Below, one piece after another: positions 48,021 through 57,430 of a stretch of 64,000 bases of DNA. Source of the stretch: an uncultured Calditrichaceae bacterium (GTDB lineage: Bacteria; Calditrichota; Calditrichia; RBG-13-44-9). The number at the start of each line of letters is the position of its first letter. Within the stretch, counting starts at the first letter, position 1. The notes beneath the pieces were generated by a model. That model saw nothing but the letters and a program-made list of their open reading frames with translations, did no database searches and had not been told where the DNA came from. A program made the translations under genes and the position numbers. The stretch lies in contig CAZBWV010000035.1 in NCBI GenBank assembly GCA_964495805.1, positions 5,924-69,923 on the forward strand. Direction: 5' to 3'.

Positions 48021-49262
48021 TTAGCGCATCAGCACCATTTTTCGGATTACCGTGTGTTTCCCGATTTGTACCCGGCAGAGATAAACCCCTCCGGCGACAG
48101 GTCGGTGGTTACTGTCGGTTCCATCCCATTCAATGATGTGTTGACCGGCTGGTAAAATGGCTTCGATCAATGTTTTAATTCGTTCCCCGGCGATGGTGTA
48201 CACCTGGGCGCGTACCATACCCTGTGCGGGCAACACCAACTCCATGTGCGTGGTGGGATTAAACGGATTGGGATAGTTCGACGAAAGAGAGAATTGGTCG
48301 GGTGAGCCGGATGGGTGCGAAAGAGCGGTGAGCGGTGCGTATCTGAGTACAGTAGAGTAGTAGCCAATTACATATCCGTTTGTGGACGATGTGAAATACA
48401 GAGACGTTAGCACATTGTTGGTCATTCCCCACGCAACAGTTTCCCAGGACTGTCCGCCGTCTGTTGTATGAAGAATCAGCCCCATTATCGATCCGATTAC
48501 CCAACCTTCCTGTGAGTTGATAAAATGGACTCCCATCATTGAGGTGACATACGGAATGGGTTGAGTGACCCAATCTTTTCCGTTTTCGGTATGGACAATC
48601 AGACCATTATCTCCCACAGCCCAGCCGACCAGCGTGTCCAGCATAAAAATATCGAAATATTCGGTCGGTGGGAAGTTCTGATCGGCTATCCAGCTGCCGT
48701 TCTTGTAATGGAAAATTCCCTCACCACCGCAAAGCCAGCCTTCCCGGGAAGAGTTGGGGAAACACATTCCACTAAGGTACGAGCTGGTGGGGGTAGTCAT
48801 TCCATAAATGCTATCTCCCACAATCATCGCCATGGAACCATCACGTCCGCACACAAAACATGTGTCACTGGACGGAATGCATTCCACTTTACTCAGAAAT
48901 GCACCATATTGCCCGATGATTGGCCAGCTTGCTCCGCCGTCTGTCGTACGATAGATGTACCCGCCAGCCCCCACAGCATATCCGTTCATCTCGTCCCACA
49001 TGTCAATTCCACTGGTGCGGTAACTAATTAAAGTGGACTGCCAGGTTTGTCCGCCATCTGTGGTGTGGTAGATGTAGGTACTATTGCTACGGGTAACCCA
49101 GGCCTGGTTATCCCCCACACAGACAATATCCGAGAGGTAGGCTCCGTAGCCAGTAACTGCCTGCATGTTGCTGGTTAAGTTCTGCCAGACCGGATTCTGT
49201 GCCCGAAGGGGTAGAAAACCGGTACTCAGTGCAAAGATAAGCAGGATGTAAAAGTGTTTCAT
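48021..49262 (-). CDS. BNR/Ycf48-like repeat protein with a T9SS C-terminal sorting domain
   Basis: Repeated TTDGGQTW, TTDGGASW and TTDGGQSW motifs. C-terminus NYPNPFNPTTHMEL...GVYLCRV. Confidence 0.75.
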   Translation of the reverse strand: MKHFYILLIFALSTGFLPLRAQNPVWQNLTSNMQAVTGYGAYLSDIVCVGDNQAWVTRSNSTYIYHTTDGGQTWQSTLISYRTSGIDMWDEMNGYAVGAGGYIYRTTDGGASWPIIGQYGAFLSKVECIPSSDTCFVCGRDGSMAMIVGDSIYGMTTPTSSYLSGMCFPNSSREGWLCGGEGIFHYKNGSWIADQNFPPTEYFDIFMLDTLVGWAVGDNGLIVHTENGKDWVTQPIPYVTSMMGVHFINSQEGWVIGSIMGLILHTTDGGQSWETVAWGMTNNVLTSLYFTSSTNGYVIGYYSTVLRYAPLTALSHPSGSPDQFSLSSNYPNPFNPTTHMELVLPAQGMVRAQVYTIAGERIKTLIEAILPAGQHIIEWDGTDSNHRPVAGGVYLCRVQIGKHTVIRKMVLMR

Positions 49263-49413
49263 GACGCCCCCTTATGTTTTTTGATCTGTTTGATAGTAAG
49301 GGGCCGAAGTGAAAAAAGCACTACATGGATATGTAGTTTTTTCGGGAAAGTTTAAAAAAAATGGGATGGATGGAAAAAGTTGGGTAAAAAACTACGATTC
49401 AGGGAAAGAAATT

Positions 49414-50583
49414 TTATTGGGAAAGAAGTGGGAGGGTGATCATAAACGTGGTTTTCTGGTGAGGAATGCTCTGGCAGGTGATGGTGCCCCGATGGGCTTC
49501 CACAATGGATTTGGCAATGGCCAGGCCCAACCCGATGCCGTTCTTTTTATTGTGGGAGAAAAATGGTTCGAACACATGGGGAAGTGTGGAGGAGGGGATT
49601 CCGGGTCCGTTGTCGGAAATAGCTATGACCAGATTACTGTTTTCGATATGCGTTTCGATCTGGATGCCCGGATTTTTTTCGGCGGGGAGTGCGCGTACAG
49701 CTTCCAGTGCATTTTTAACCAGATTAAAGATAACCCGCTGCATGCGCAGGGTGTCCACCTGCACTCTGGCTTCGCTTTCCACCGGGCGAATTTGCCAGTT
49801 GATTTCATAGTTTTGCAGGTAGCTGCGGATGCGCGATTCCAGCACAGCCCAGAATTCACTGACGGTGAGGGTGTCCAGATGTGGCTGGTAGTCTCCTTTG
49901 CTGTACTCCAGAATTTCCTGGATCATTTCGGTGAATCGGTGGGTTTCCTGCTTAATCATGGTGGCAATTTCGATTCGGTCTGCCTGGTCCAGGTCCACCC
50001 GCGCCATGGTTTCCGCAGCGGAACGAATAAAATCCAGTGGTTGTTTCAGGTCGTGAATAATCATACTGGCCATGCGTCCCAGGACGGAGAGCCGTTCCGC
50101 CTGGAGCAACTTTTCCTGCGTTTCCTTTAGCTCCTGCAAGGCAGCATCCAGCTCCAGATTTTTAGCGCGCAAATCCTCAATCAATTGCAGGCGGTCCATG
50201 TTCGCCTGGTAGTGTTCCAGCGCTTTTTGCACGGTTACCCGTAATTCATGAGGGTCCCACGGTTTGGTGATGTACCGATACACCTCTCCCCGATTGATCG
50301 CATGAATCAGGTAGTCGATGTCCGTGTAGGCGCTTAATACAATTCGGATGGGATTGGGATTGATCTCTTTCAGTCGGGCCAGCAGTTCGGTTCCCAGCAT
50401 TTCCGGCATGCGCTGATCCGCGATGACCAGATGAATGGGTTCCTGCTGAAAAATTTGAATGGCTTCCTGTGGCGAAGGCGTGATATATACCTGGTACTGC
50501 TTGCGAAATGTTCGTTGAATCGCTTCCAGGTTGTAAATCTCGTCGTCAACAGCTAAAATGTTGTAATGATATTTTCTATTCAC
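49414..50583 (-). CDS. hybrid response-regulator receiver-histidine kinase (REC-HisKA-HATPase)
   Basis: REC domain ILAVDDEIYN...VIADQRMP, H-box IIHDLKQPL, and NLVKNALEA with DNGPGIP...GIGLGLAIAKSIV. Confidence 0.8.
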   Translation of the reverse strand: MNRKYHYNILAVDDEIYNLEAIQRTFRKQYQVYITPSPQEAIQIFQQEPIHLVIADQRMPEMLGTELLARLKEINPNPIRIVLSAYTDIDYLIHAINRGEVYRYITKPWDPHELRVTVQKALEHYQANMDRLQLIEDLRAKNLELDAALQELKETQEKLLQAERLSVLGRMASMIIHDLKQPLDFIRSAAETMARVDLDQADRIEIATMIKQETHRFTEMIQEILEYSKGDYQPHLDTLTVSEFWAVLESRIRSYLQNYEINWQIRPVESEARVQVDTLRMQRVIFNLVKNALEAVRALPAEKNPGIQIETHIENSNLVIAISDNGPGIPSSTLPHVFEPFFSHNKKNGIGLGLAIAKSIVEAHRGTITCQSIPHQKTTFMITLPLLSQ

Positions 50584-50760
50584 GGGGAGAATTTACAGCA
50601 AAATTGCCATTTTTTCAAGGGGGAAGTAGGGGGAATTTTTCCGATGGTGGGGAACCTGTCCGCTGAACGGCGGGTAAAAAATCATTTGAACAATCCGTAA
50701 AAAAGAGAACGAAGTGACGGACTGTTGGAAAAGGTGAAAAAAAGCAAGGAGAAGCGAACC

Positions 50761-51453
50761 ATGAAAAAGGTAACCCTCTGGTTTATTCTGGGAATGCTGC
50801 TGTTGTTTGCCAGCTGTTCCAAAGATGAGGATTCCAATCCGCTGGCTCCTTCGGAAGAACCACCCACAGTAAGTGTGATTCCCCGGGTTAATGTACCTGC
50901 TCATGCGCCAGCCACACTGCAGCAACAATTTGCGCTATTGAATCAGATGACCACATTCTGGTACAACACTTTTTTCTATTTGCCTAATTTACAGGCGGTG
51001 CATCAGGGGAATACCTGGACCTGGACGGTGGTCAATGGCCAGCTAACCGGTACGGTAACCGCTACGGAACAGGACAACGACACTGTACACTGGAAAGTGG
51101 TTCTAAACGGCACGGATGGGCAGTACGTGTACCAGAACTGGGTGGCAATGGAGGGAGACCTGAGCCGGGATGGTAACTCCGGAAACTGGACGTTTTATGA
51201 GTTGAATTCCACCCAGGTAAGCGCAACCTGCCAGTGGAATAAAGAGGAAAACGGAGATTTTACTGCTACCATCCAGATTCCGGGTACCGGGGAAAAAGTG
51301 GAGTTGACCATCCACCCGGATGGCAGCGGAGAGGCAACGGTGTACCAGAACAACCTCAAATTTATGGAGTTTGGCTGGAATGCGGATGGTTCCGGCTGGT
51401 GGAAGCAGTATGATGAACAGGGAAATCTGGTCAATCAGGGCAACTGGGCTTGA
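50761..51453 (+). CDS. hypothetical lipoprotein
   Basis: MKKVTLWFILGMLLLFASCSKDED gives a lipobox FASC, and an AAGGAGA SD lies upstream. Confidence 0.55.
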   Translation: MKKVTLWFILGMLLLFASCSKDEDSNPLAPSEEPPTVSVIPRVNVPAHAPATLQQQFALLNQMTTFWYNTFFYLPNLQAVHQGNTWTWTVVNGQLTGTVTATEQDNDTVHWKVVLNGTDGQYVYQNWVAMEGDLSRDGNSGNWTFYELNSTQVSATCQWNKEENGDFTATIQIPGTGEKVELTIHPDGSGEATVYQNNLKFMEFGWNADGSGWWKQYDEQGNLVNQGNWA

Positions 51454-51488
51454 GTGAAAAGAAATCATTTCCTTAATGAAGACTGACC

Positions 51489-51528
51489 GAACCGCCTCTG
51501 TTGTTAAAAGAGGCGGTTCCTGTTTTTA
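51489..51528 (+). terminator. strong rho-independent terminator
   Basis: GAACCGCCTCT-N9-AGAGGCGGTTC is an 11-bp stem, followed by CTGTTTTTA. Confidence 0.6.
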
Positions 51529-51619
51529 GGAAAAGGGAGATGGAGGAAATCCGATTGAACGCTGTGTTGCACCACACGGAAATCTCACCTATATTTCTCC
51601 ATCGAATCAAGAGGGTTCC

Positions 51620-52549
51620 ATGTGGTGGTTCAGGCGAAAATGCTGTAAAATTGTCTATCGCAGTGAGTACATGACAGCCATTCACTCCCGCGATTCCCGG
51701 CAATCCTTCGACGTCATGAAATTCAAAAAAATCCGCGACCAGCTCATCAAGGATCGGGTGATTCGGCGGAAGGATGTGCTGAAAGCGCCCAGGTTGAGCG
51801 ATGAGGACCTGTTGCTGGTTCACACCCGGGAGTATCTGAATCGCCTGAAGAACCCCATGTATGTGGGCGAAATTCTTAACCTGGACTATGTCAATCCCTG
51901 GGACGAGTACATTTTTGAATACTTTCGCTATGTAGCCGGGGGAACGGTACTGGCCACGGAATATACCCTGGAACATGGCAATCCGGTGTTCAATCTGGGG
52001 GGTGGTTACCACCATGCCCATCCCGACCGTGCGGAAGGGTTCTGCCTGATTAACGATGTGGCCATTGCCATCCGCAAGATGCAACTTCGCGGTAAGTTAG
52101 GACGAGTGCTGATTGTGGACCTGGACTACCATCAGGGCAATGGCAATCTGCTGTTCTTTCGCGATGACGAATCGGTGTTTACCTTTTCCATTCATGCCGA
52201 AAACTGGGTGGATTGTACCCGCAAAATCAACAATGTGGATATTGAATTACCCTCTCATGTGAAGGACGAGGAGTATTTGCAGGTGTTGCGGGAGCATTTG
52301 CCCGGGGTGTTCGAAACGTTTCGTCCTGATTTTGTGATGTATCTGGCGGGGAGCGACCCGTATGTGCTGGACAGCATCGGGGATTTCGACATCAGCGAGG
52401 CAGGAATGCTGGAGAGAGACCGCTTTGTGTTTAATTTAACCCGCAGCCGAAAGCTACCCATGGTAATATTAGGAGCAGGCGGTTACGGACCGGAAAGCTG
52501 GAAGGTGTATTACAATTTCATTAAGTGGGCTATGAAAAAGGGGAAGTAA
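51620..52549 (+). CDS. histone deacetylase-family protein (AcuC/acetylpolyamine amidohydrolase-like)
   Basis: GGGYHHAHPDRAEGFCLINDVAIA and VDLDYHQGNGN, the HDAC catalytic motifs. An AAGAGGG SD lies upstream. Confidence 0.8.
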   Translation: MWWFRRKCCKIVYRSEYMTAIHSRDSRQSFDVMKFKKIRDQLIKDRVIRRKDVLKAPRLSDEDLLLVHTREYLNRLKNPMYVGEILNLDYVNPWDEYIFEYFRYVAGGTVLATEYTLEHGNPVFNLGGGYHHAHPDRAEGFCLINDVAIAIRKMQLRGKLGRVLIVDLDYHQGNGNLLFFRDDESVFTFSIHAENWVDCTRKINNVDIELPSHVKDEEYLQVLREHLPGVFETFRPDFVMYLAGSDPYVLDSIGDFDISEAGMLERDRFVFNLTRSRKLPMVILGAGGYGPESWKVYYNFIKWAMKKGK

Positions 52550-52556
52550 ACTGGGT

Positions 52557-53462
52557 ATGTCCAAACGTCGTTTTCGTCTGCACTGGATTTCCCGAAGGTT
52601 GAGTACACATCAACTTCGTCGCCTTCAGGAGAAAGATATTGCGTTGAATTTCGAGGATATTTTAGGGGCACCACCCACGAAACGCAGTTCGCCTTTTTTT
52701 CTGGGATTTTATTCCCCGGACGGGATTCGCTACGCCCTGGAGAAATATGGATTGTACGATGAACTCCGCAAGCGCGGGTACGACAATTTTAAAACGGTTA
52801 TTAACACCCGGGACCCGTACAAGCAACGCATCGCCATCTACTACGATAAAAAGGACAACCAGCATCTGTTAGGCGAGCTCATTGTAAAACGCAAGCACAT
52901 TACCGTCTATCCGCCCTTTCCTTCCCGTATTTACGGGCGAAATTTTGAGGTAATCGCAGTGGAATGGCTGTGCATGCAGCATCCGAAGGGAAAATTCACC
53001 CCGGAGAAACCCCGTTTGCCGGGCCAGAAATATCCCGGATTGGGGTTAGGGGATATGGTGATGGAGATTCTGGTGATAATGACCGGACGTCTGCGTCTGG
53101 CCGGACTGCTCAATGTGCCGGAGCATTTCCACAATGCCCAGATGTACAGTCCGCAGTTCAAGTACATCGACCCGCTGTACGAAGCCAAGCGGATGGCGCT
53201 GGAGCGTGACCTGCTCTCCCGCTATCCACTGGCTACCGTCTCCTGGGCTATCGAACTGAAATGCGTGACCGAGAATACCAAGCCATTCGAATGGTTTGTG
53301 GCGGAACAAATTATTCCGCTGAACCGCGATCTGCAGGACTATTTTTCCGGAAAAGAATACCGTAAATATGTGGAAAAGGCAGCTCAGCAGTATCACTATG
53401 AACTGAACCGGGAACTGTTTGAAAGCAAGCGGGATCAGATGGACCGGTTGATTACCTGTTAA
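52557..53462 (+). CDS. conserved hypothetical protein co-transcribed with the HDAC-family gene (possible GNAT-like fold)
   Basis: The gap after the HDAC gene is 7 nt. QKYPGLGLGDMVMEI resembles GNAT motif A (Q/R-x-x-G-x-G/A). I see no other recognisable domain. Confidence 0.55.
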   Translation: MSKRRFRLHWISRRLSTHQLRRLQEKDIALNFEDILGAPPTKRSSPFFLGFYSPDGIRYALEKYGLYDELRKRGYDNFKTVINTRDPYKQRIAIYYDKKDNQHLLGELIVKRKHITVYPPFPSRIYGRNFEVIAVEWLCMQHPKGKFTPEKPRLPGQKYPGLGLGDMVMEILVIMTGRLRLAGLLNVPEHFHNAQMYSPQFKYIDPLYEAKRMALERDLLSRYPLATVSWAIELKCVTENTKPFEWFVAEQIIPLNRDLQDYFSGKEYRKYVEKAAQQYHYELNRELFESKRDQMDRLITC

Positions 53463-53715
53463 ACCGTTTTCCCGGTTACATTCCGTTTCCCCACCGCAGG
53501 AGAGCCCCTTTCCGGTAAATGAGAAGGAAAAAAGCTTTCTGTCCAGACATCCTGCAGAGTAAGAGAAAATTTTGATTTCGAAACCGCCCGAATCCTTCCC
53601 AACGGTCAAATAGGATTTTTAAAAATCCGTTTATTTTCAATAGGATTCCCTTTAAATTGGAATGCAATGGGAAAAATTTATCAATGAAAAAGACTTTCCA
53701 ACAGGAGGTTTGTGT

Positions 53716-54741
53716 ATGGCTCGCACAATCAATTGCGATGAACTGACCTTTTCGCTTTATCCGTACGAACACGAAATGAAGATGTACGAAAGCTACTATC
53801 GGGATGGTCGCTGGGACGATGGAGCGATTGTAGGATTTCATTCCATTGAGCTATCGCCGGCTGCCAATATTTTAAATTACGGACAGGGCATTTTTGAGGG
53901 CATGAAGGCTTACTACAGCGCAAAAGGGAACATTGTTATGTTTCGTCCGCAGGAGAATGCCCGTCGGTTTGTGCGCAGCGCCCGGAAGCTGGCCATTCCC
54001 GAAATAAGCGAAGAAAAATTTATGGAAGCGGTGCGCCGGATGGTGCTGGCAAACCGGGAGTTTGTCCCGCAAAGTGAGGATGGTCGCTGCAGCATGTATT
54101 TGCGTCCGGTGTGTATTGGCATCGAACCCCTGTTGGGTGTGCGCGCCTCGCTGGAGTACCTGTTTTACATTTATGCCAGCCCTGTGGGACCCTATTTCGA
54201 CAAAGTGGGGGTGGTAAAGCTGGTAGCGAAAGAAATCAGTCGGGCAACTCCCAACGGTACCGGGGACGCCAAAGCGGTTTGTAACTATCCGGTAACCATG
54301 GCCCCCAAAAAGGAGGCCAAAAAGGAAGGATTCGACGATGTGATCTATCTGGACCCCTGCGAGAACCGGTACATCGAAGAGGCGGGAGCAGCCAATTTCT
54401 TTGCCCTGATGGAAGATGATACGCTGGTTACCCCGGAACTGGGCTCCATTTTACCGGGCATTACCCGCGATTCGGTGATTCATCTGGCGCGCACGGAGTT
54501 TGGGTTAAAGGTGGAGGAGCGAAAACTCTCTGTGGAAGAGGTGGTTCAGCGGGCGAAAGAATGCTTTGTAACCGGAACCGGCGCCATTATTACCTCCGTC
54601 AGCCATATCGGCTGGAGGGGAAAAACCTATCCGGTGAACCGGAACGAATACCAGCTGGCACATCGCCTTTACGATCGTCTGACGGGGATTCAATTTCAGC
54701 GGGAAGAAGACCCCTACGGTTGGGTCACAGTAATTGAGTAA
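53716..54741 (+). CDS. branched-chain amino acid aminotransferase, long (type II-like) class IV PLP enzyme
   Basis: EGMKAYY..., NFFALMEDDTLVTPELGSILPGITRDSV, with an AGGAGG SD upstream. Confidence 0.8.
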   Translation: MARTINCDELTFSLYPYEHEMKMYESYYRDGRWDDGAIVGFHSIELSPAANILNYGQGIFEGMKAYYSAKGNIVMFRPQENARRFVRSARKLAIPEISEEKFMEAVRRMVLANREFVPQSEDGRCSMYLRPVCIGIEPLLGVRASLEYLFYIYASPVGPYFDKVGVVKLVAKEISRATPNGTGDAKAVCNYPVTMAPKKEAKKEGFDDVIYLDPCENRYIEEAGAANFFALMEDDTLVTPELGSILPGITRDSVIHLARTEFGLKVEERKLSVEEVVQRAKECFVTGTGAIITSVSHIGWRGKTYPVNRNEYQLAHRLYDRLTGIQFQREEDPYGWVTVIE

Positions 54742-54762
54742 AAGTAAAAATCAGGAGGTGTT

Positions 54763-55692
54763 ATGGCTCCCAATACAGGTCTTGCGGAAAAAATCTGGTA
54801 CAACGGAAAATTCATCAACTGGGACGATGCGAAGATTCATGTGATGTCCCATGTCGTGCACTACGGCACCTCTGTGTTTGAAGGCATTCGGTGCTACAAA
54901 ACGAAAAAGGGGAGTGCCATTTTTCGTTTGCCGGAACACGTGAAACGCCTTTTTAATTCAGCTAAGATTTATCGCATGGTACCGGAGAATTTCACATACG
55001 ACGACATTTACAATGCCTGCATCGAGACGGTGAAGGTGAACCATTTTGAGGAATGCTACATTCGCCCGGTAATTTTCCGCGGACTGGGTGAGTTTGGGGT
55101 GAATCCGTTCAAATCGCCCATCGAAACATACATCATCACCTGGTACTGGGGAAAATATTTAGGACCAGAAGCGCTGGAGAAAGGGGTGGATGTGCAGATT
55201 TCCTCCTGGCACCGCTTTTCGCCGGACACGCTACCTGCCCTGGCTAAAGCCGGAGCCAATTACATGAATTCCCAGCTCATAAAGATGGAAGCGGTACTGA
55301 ACGGATATGTGGAGGGCATTGCACTGGATTCCTACGGCTACGTTTCCGAGGGGAGTGGCGAGAACATTTTTGTGGTTCGGGAGGGCAAGGTGTACACGCC
55401 ACCGCTGGCTGCTTCGGTTCTGCCGGGCATCACCCGCTGGTCCATCATCCAGCTATGCCGGGACCTGGGAATTGAAGTGCACGAAGAGATGATTCCCCGG
55501 GAAATGCTGTACATTGCCGATGAGGTCTTCTTTACCGGCACGGCTGCGGAAATTACCCCCATTCGCAGCATCGACGGAATTACCATTGGAGAGGGCAAGC
55601 GGGGACCGATTACCAAAATGCTTCAGGACGAATTTTTTGCCATCGTAACCGGCGAGAAGGAAGACCGTCGCGGTTGGCTCCAGTACATTTAA
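54763..55692 (+). CDS. ilvE: branched-chain amino acid aminotransferase
   Basis: VFEGIRCY and [30 protein letters not shown] are close to E. coli IlvE motifs. The product is 309 aa. Confidence 0.85.
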   Translation: MAPNTGLAEKIWYNGKFINWDDAKIHVMSHVVHYGTSVFEGIRCYKTKKGSAIFRLPEHVKRLFNSAKIYRMVPENFTYDDIYNACIETVKVNHFEECYIRPVIFRGLGEFGVNPFKSPIETYIITWYWGKYLGPEALEKGVDVQISSWHRFSPDTLPALAKAGANYMNSQLIKMEAVLNGYVEGIALDSYGYVSEGSGENIFVVREGKVYTPPLAASVLPGITRWSIIQLCRDLGIEVHEEMIPREMLYIADEVFFTGTAAEITPIRSIDGITIGEGKRGPITKMLQDEFFAIVTGEKEDRRGWLQYI

Positions 55693-55717
55693 GTGGGGTT
55701 CAATCGAAATTATCCGG

Positions 55718-55752
55718 GCACCGTTACATTCCGTATCGGTGCTTTTTTGTTT
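55718..55752 (+). terminator. rho-independent terminator after ilvE
   Basis: GCACCG-N13-CGGTGC hairpin followed by TTTTTTGTTT. Confidence 0.55.
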
Positions 55753-55866
55753 CGGGCCGGAAATAAAAAATTTTTTGATTCCATTCTCCGCCCAATTTTT
55801 TATATTAGAAAATCTGTTTTTTGCAACTGTGGATAGCCCGACAAAACGAATTGGATTGGAGATGCC

Positions 55867-57198
55867 ATGAGTACGGTTCAAACCAGTCAGTATCCGTTTT
55901 TTCATCCGGCCACACGTGCCTACCGTTTCACTGTTTTGTTATTTGTCTCACTTCTAACATTTGGCAGTTACTTTGCTTACGACATTATCGGAGCCATTGC
56001 TCCCCGTCTGGTGGAGGAATTGGGTGCTCAGCGCGGTACCGTGGGTTCCTTTTACACCATGTACAGCATTGCCGCTATTCTGTCTGTGTTCATCGGCGGG
56101 GTGTTGATTGACAAACTGGGTACCCGAAAAGCCAGCATGCTCTTTTCCGTGCTGGTATTTATCGGTGCGGCCATAGTGGCTCTGGCGAAAAGCATCCCCG
56201 TGCTATTTTTAGGACGGTTTATTTTCGGTGCTGGCTCAGAACCCCTGGTGGTGGCACAAAGTGCCATTCTGGCCCGCTGGTTTAAAGGCAAGGAACTGGC
56301 ATTATCGTTCGGAATTGCGCTAACGGTGAGCCGACTGGGTACGTTGTTCAGTTTCAACACCGGTGAACTGATCGCTCAGCACTTTGGTGGGTACCACTAT
56401 TCCCTGTGGGCGGCCGTGATCTTCTGCGGCGTTTCGCTTTTAGCCAATATTGTGTACATCATCATGGATTTGCACGGGGAAAAGGTACTGGAGCTGAAGG
56501 AGGAAGGTGCGGAGGAGAAAATCGTCTGGGCGGATATCAAAGCGTTCAAACCCAGCTTCTGGTATGTGACCCTGCTGTGCGTGACATTCTATTCGGCCAT
56601 TTTCCCATTTACCGCGCTTTCTACGGATTTCTTTGTGGATAAATGGCATATTCCCCGGGTGGCGGAGGCAACCGGCGGATTTATTTATCAGGTGTTTAAC
56701 AACTTCATTCACATGTTCAGTACGGCGGGCGGAATTACTTCCATCATCATTTTTGCTTCCATGGTGTTTGCCCCGTTTGCCGGTCAGCTGGTGGATAAAA
56801 TCGGCAAACGTGCCACGCTGATGATCATTGGCTCCCTGCTGATGATTCCCAGCCACCTGGCTATGGGTCTGACCCATGTCAATCCGGTGATTCCGATGAT
56901 TCTGTTGGGAGCGGCGTTTGTGCTGGTTCCCGCAGCCATGTGGCCATCGGTGCCGCTGATTGTGCCCAAAGAACGGGTCGGCACCGCGTTTGGGTTAATG
57001 ACCACCATTCAAAACATCGGTCTGGCACTGTTTCCCTTCCTGAATGGTCGTTTGCGCGATATTACCCACGATTACACCGCCAGCATGGTGATGTTTGCCA
57101 GCCTGGGATTGTTTGGGCTGGTGTTTGCAATTTTACTGAAGCGTGCCGATGCCCGGGAAGGTGGCGTACTGGAGCGCCCGGGAGTGGTGACCTCATAG
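55867..57198 (+). CDS. MFS transporter
   Basis: Twelve predicted TM helices, GRFIFGAGSEP, and an MFS loop motif of the LIDKLGTRKA type. Confidence 0.8.
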   Translation: MSTVQTSQYPFFHPATRAYRFTVLLFVSLLTFGSYFAYDIIGAIAPRLVEELGAQRGTVGSFYTMYSIAAILSVFIGGVLIDKLGTRKASMLFSVLVFIGAAIVALAKSIPVLFLGRFIFGAGSEPLVVAQSAILARWFKGKELALSFGIALTVSRLGTLFSFNTGELIAQHFGGYHYSLWAAVIFCGVSLLANIVYIIMDLHGEKVLELKEEGAEEKIVWADIKAFKPSFWYVTLLCVTFYSAIFPFTALSTDFFVDKWHIPRVAEATGGFIYQVFNNFIHMFSTAGGITSIIIFASMVFAPFAGQLVDKIGKRATLMIIGSLLMIPSHLAMGLTHVNPVIPMILLGAAFVLVPAAMWPSVPLIVPKERVGTAFGLMTTIQNIGLALFPFLNGRLRDITHDYTASMVMFASLGLFGLVFAILLKRADAREGGVLERPGVVTS

Positions 57199-57430
57199 TT
57201 GTGACGGGGTGGCAGCGCCGGAATTACCACCGACGCTGCCGCGCATCCTGTGTTTTTTAACAATACCGGTCTTACACCCAGAAAAACCTGTCTTTAACCG
57301 AACATTTCCTTGCTTTTTAATCTGCTGTCGCTGCCGCGATGTGGTTTAACCTTTGCCCACTTCCCGGCATGTGCTTATATTTAACGGTTCCGGGAAGGAG
57401 GGGCATCTGCTTAACAAAGGAAAGAAGTGC

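Noticed and set aside
53475-55735. A shared 12-mer GTTACATTCCGT just downstream of two stop codons (53462 and 55692), both in terminator-like loops
   Set aside because: Around a hundred chance 12-mer repeats are expected in 64 kb, and only the loop sequence is shared, not the stems. I treat it as coincidence unless it recurs genome-wide.
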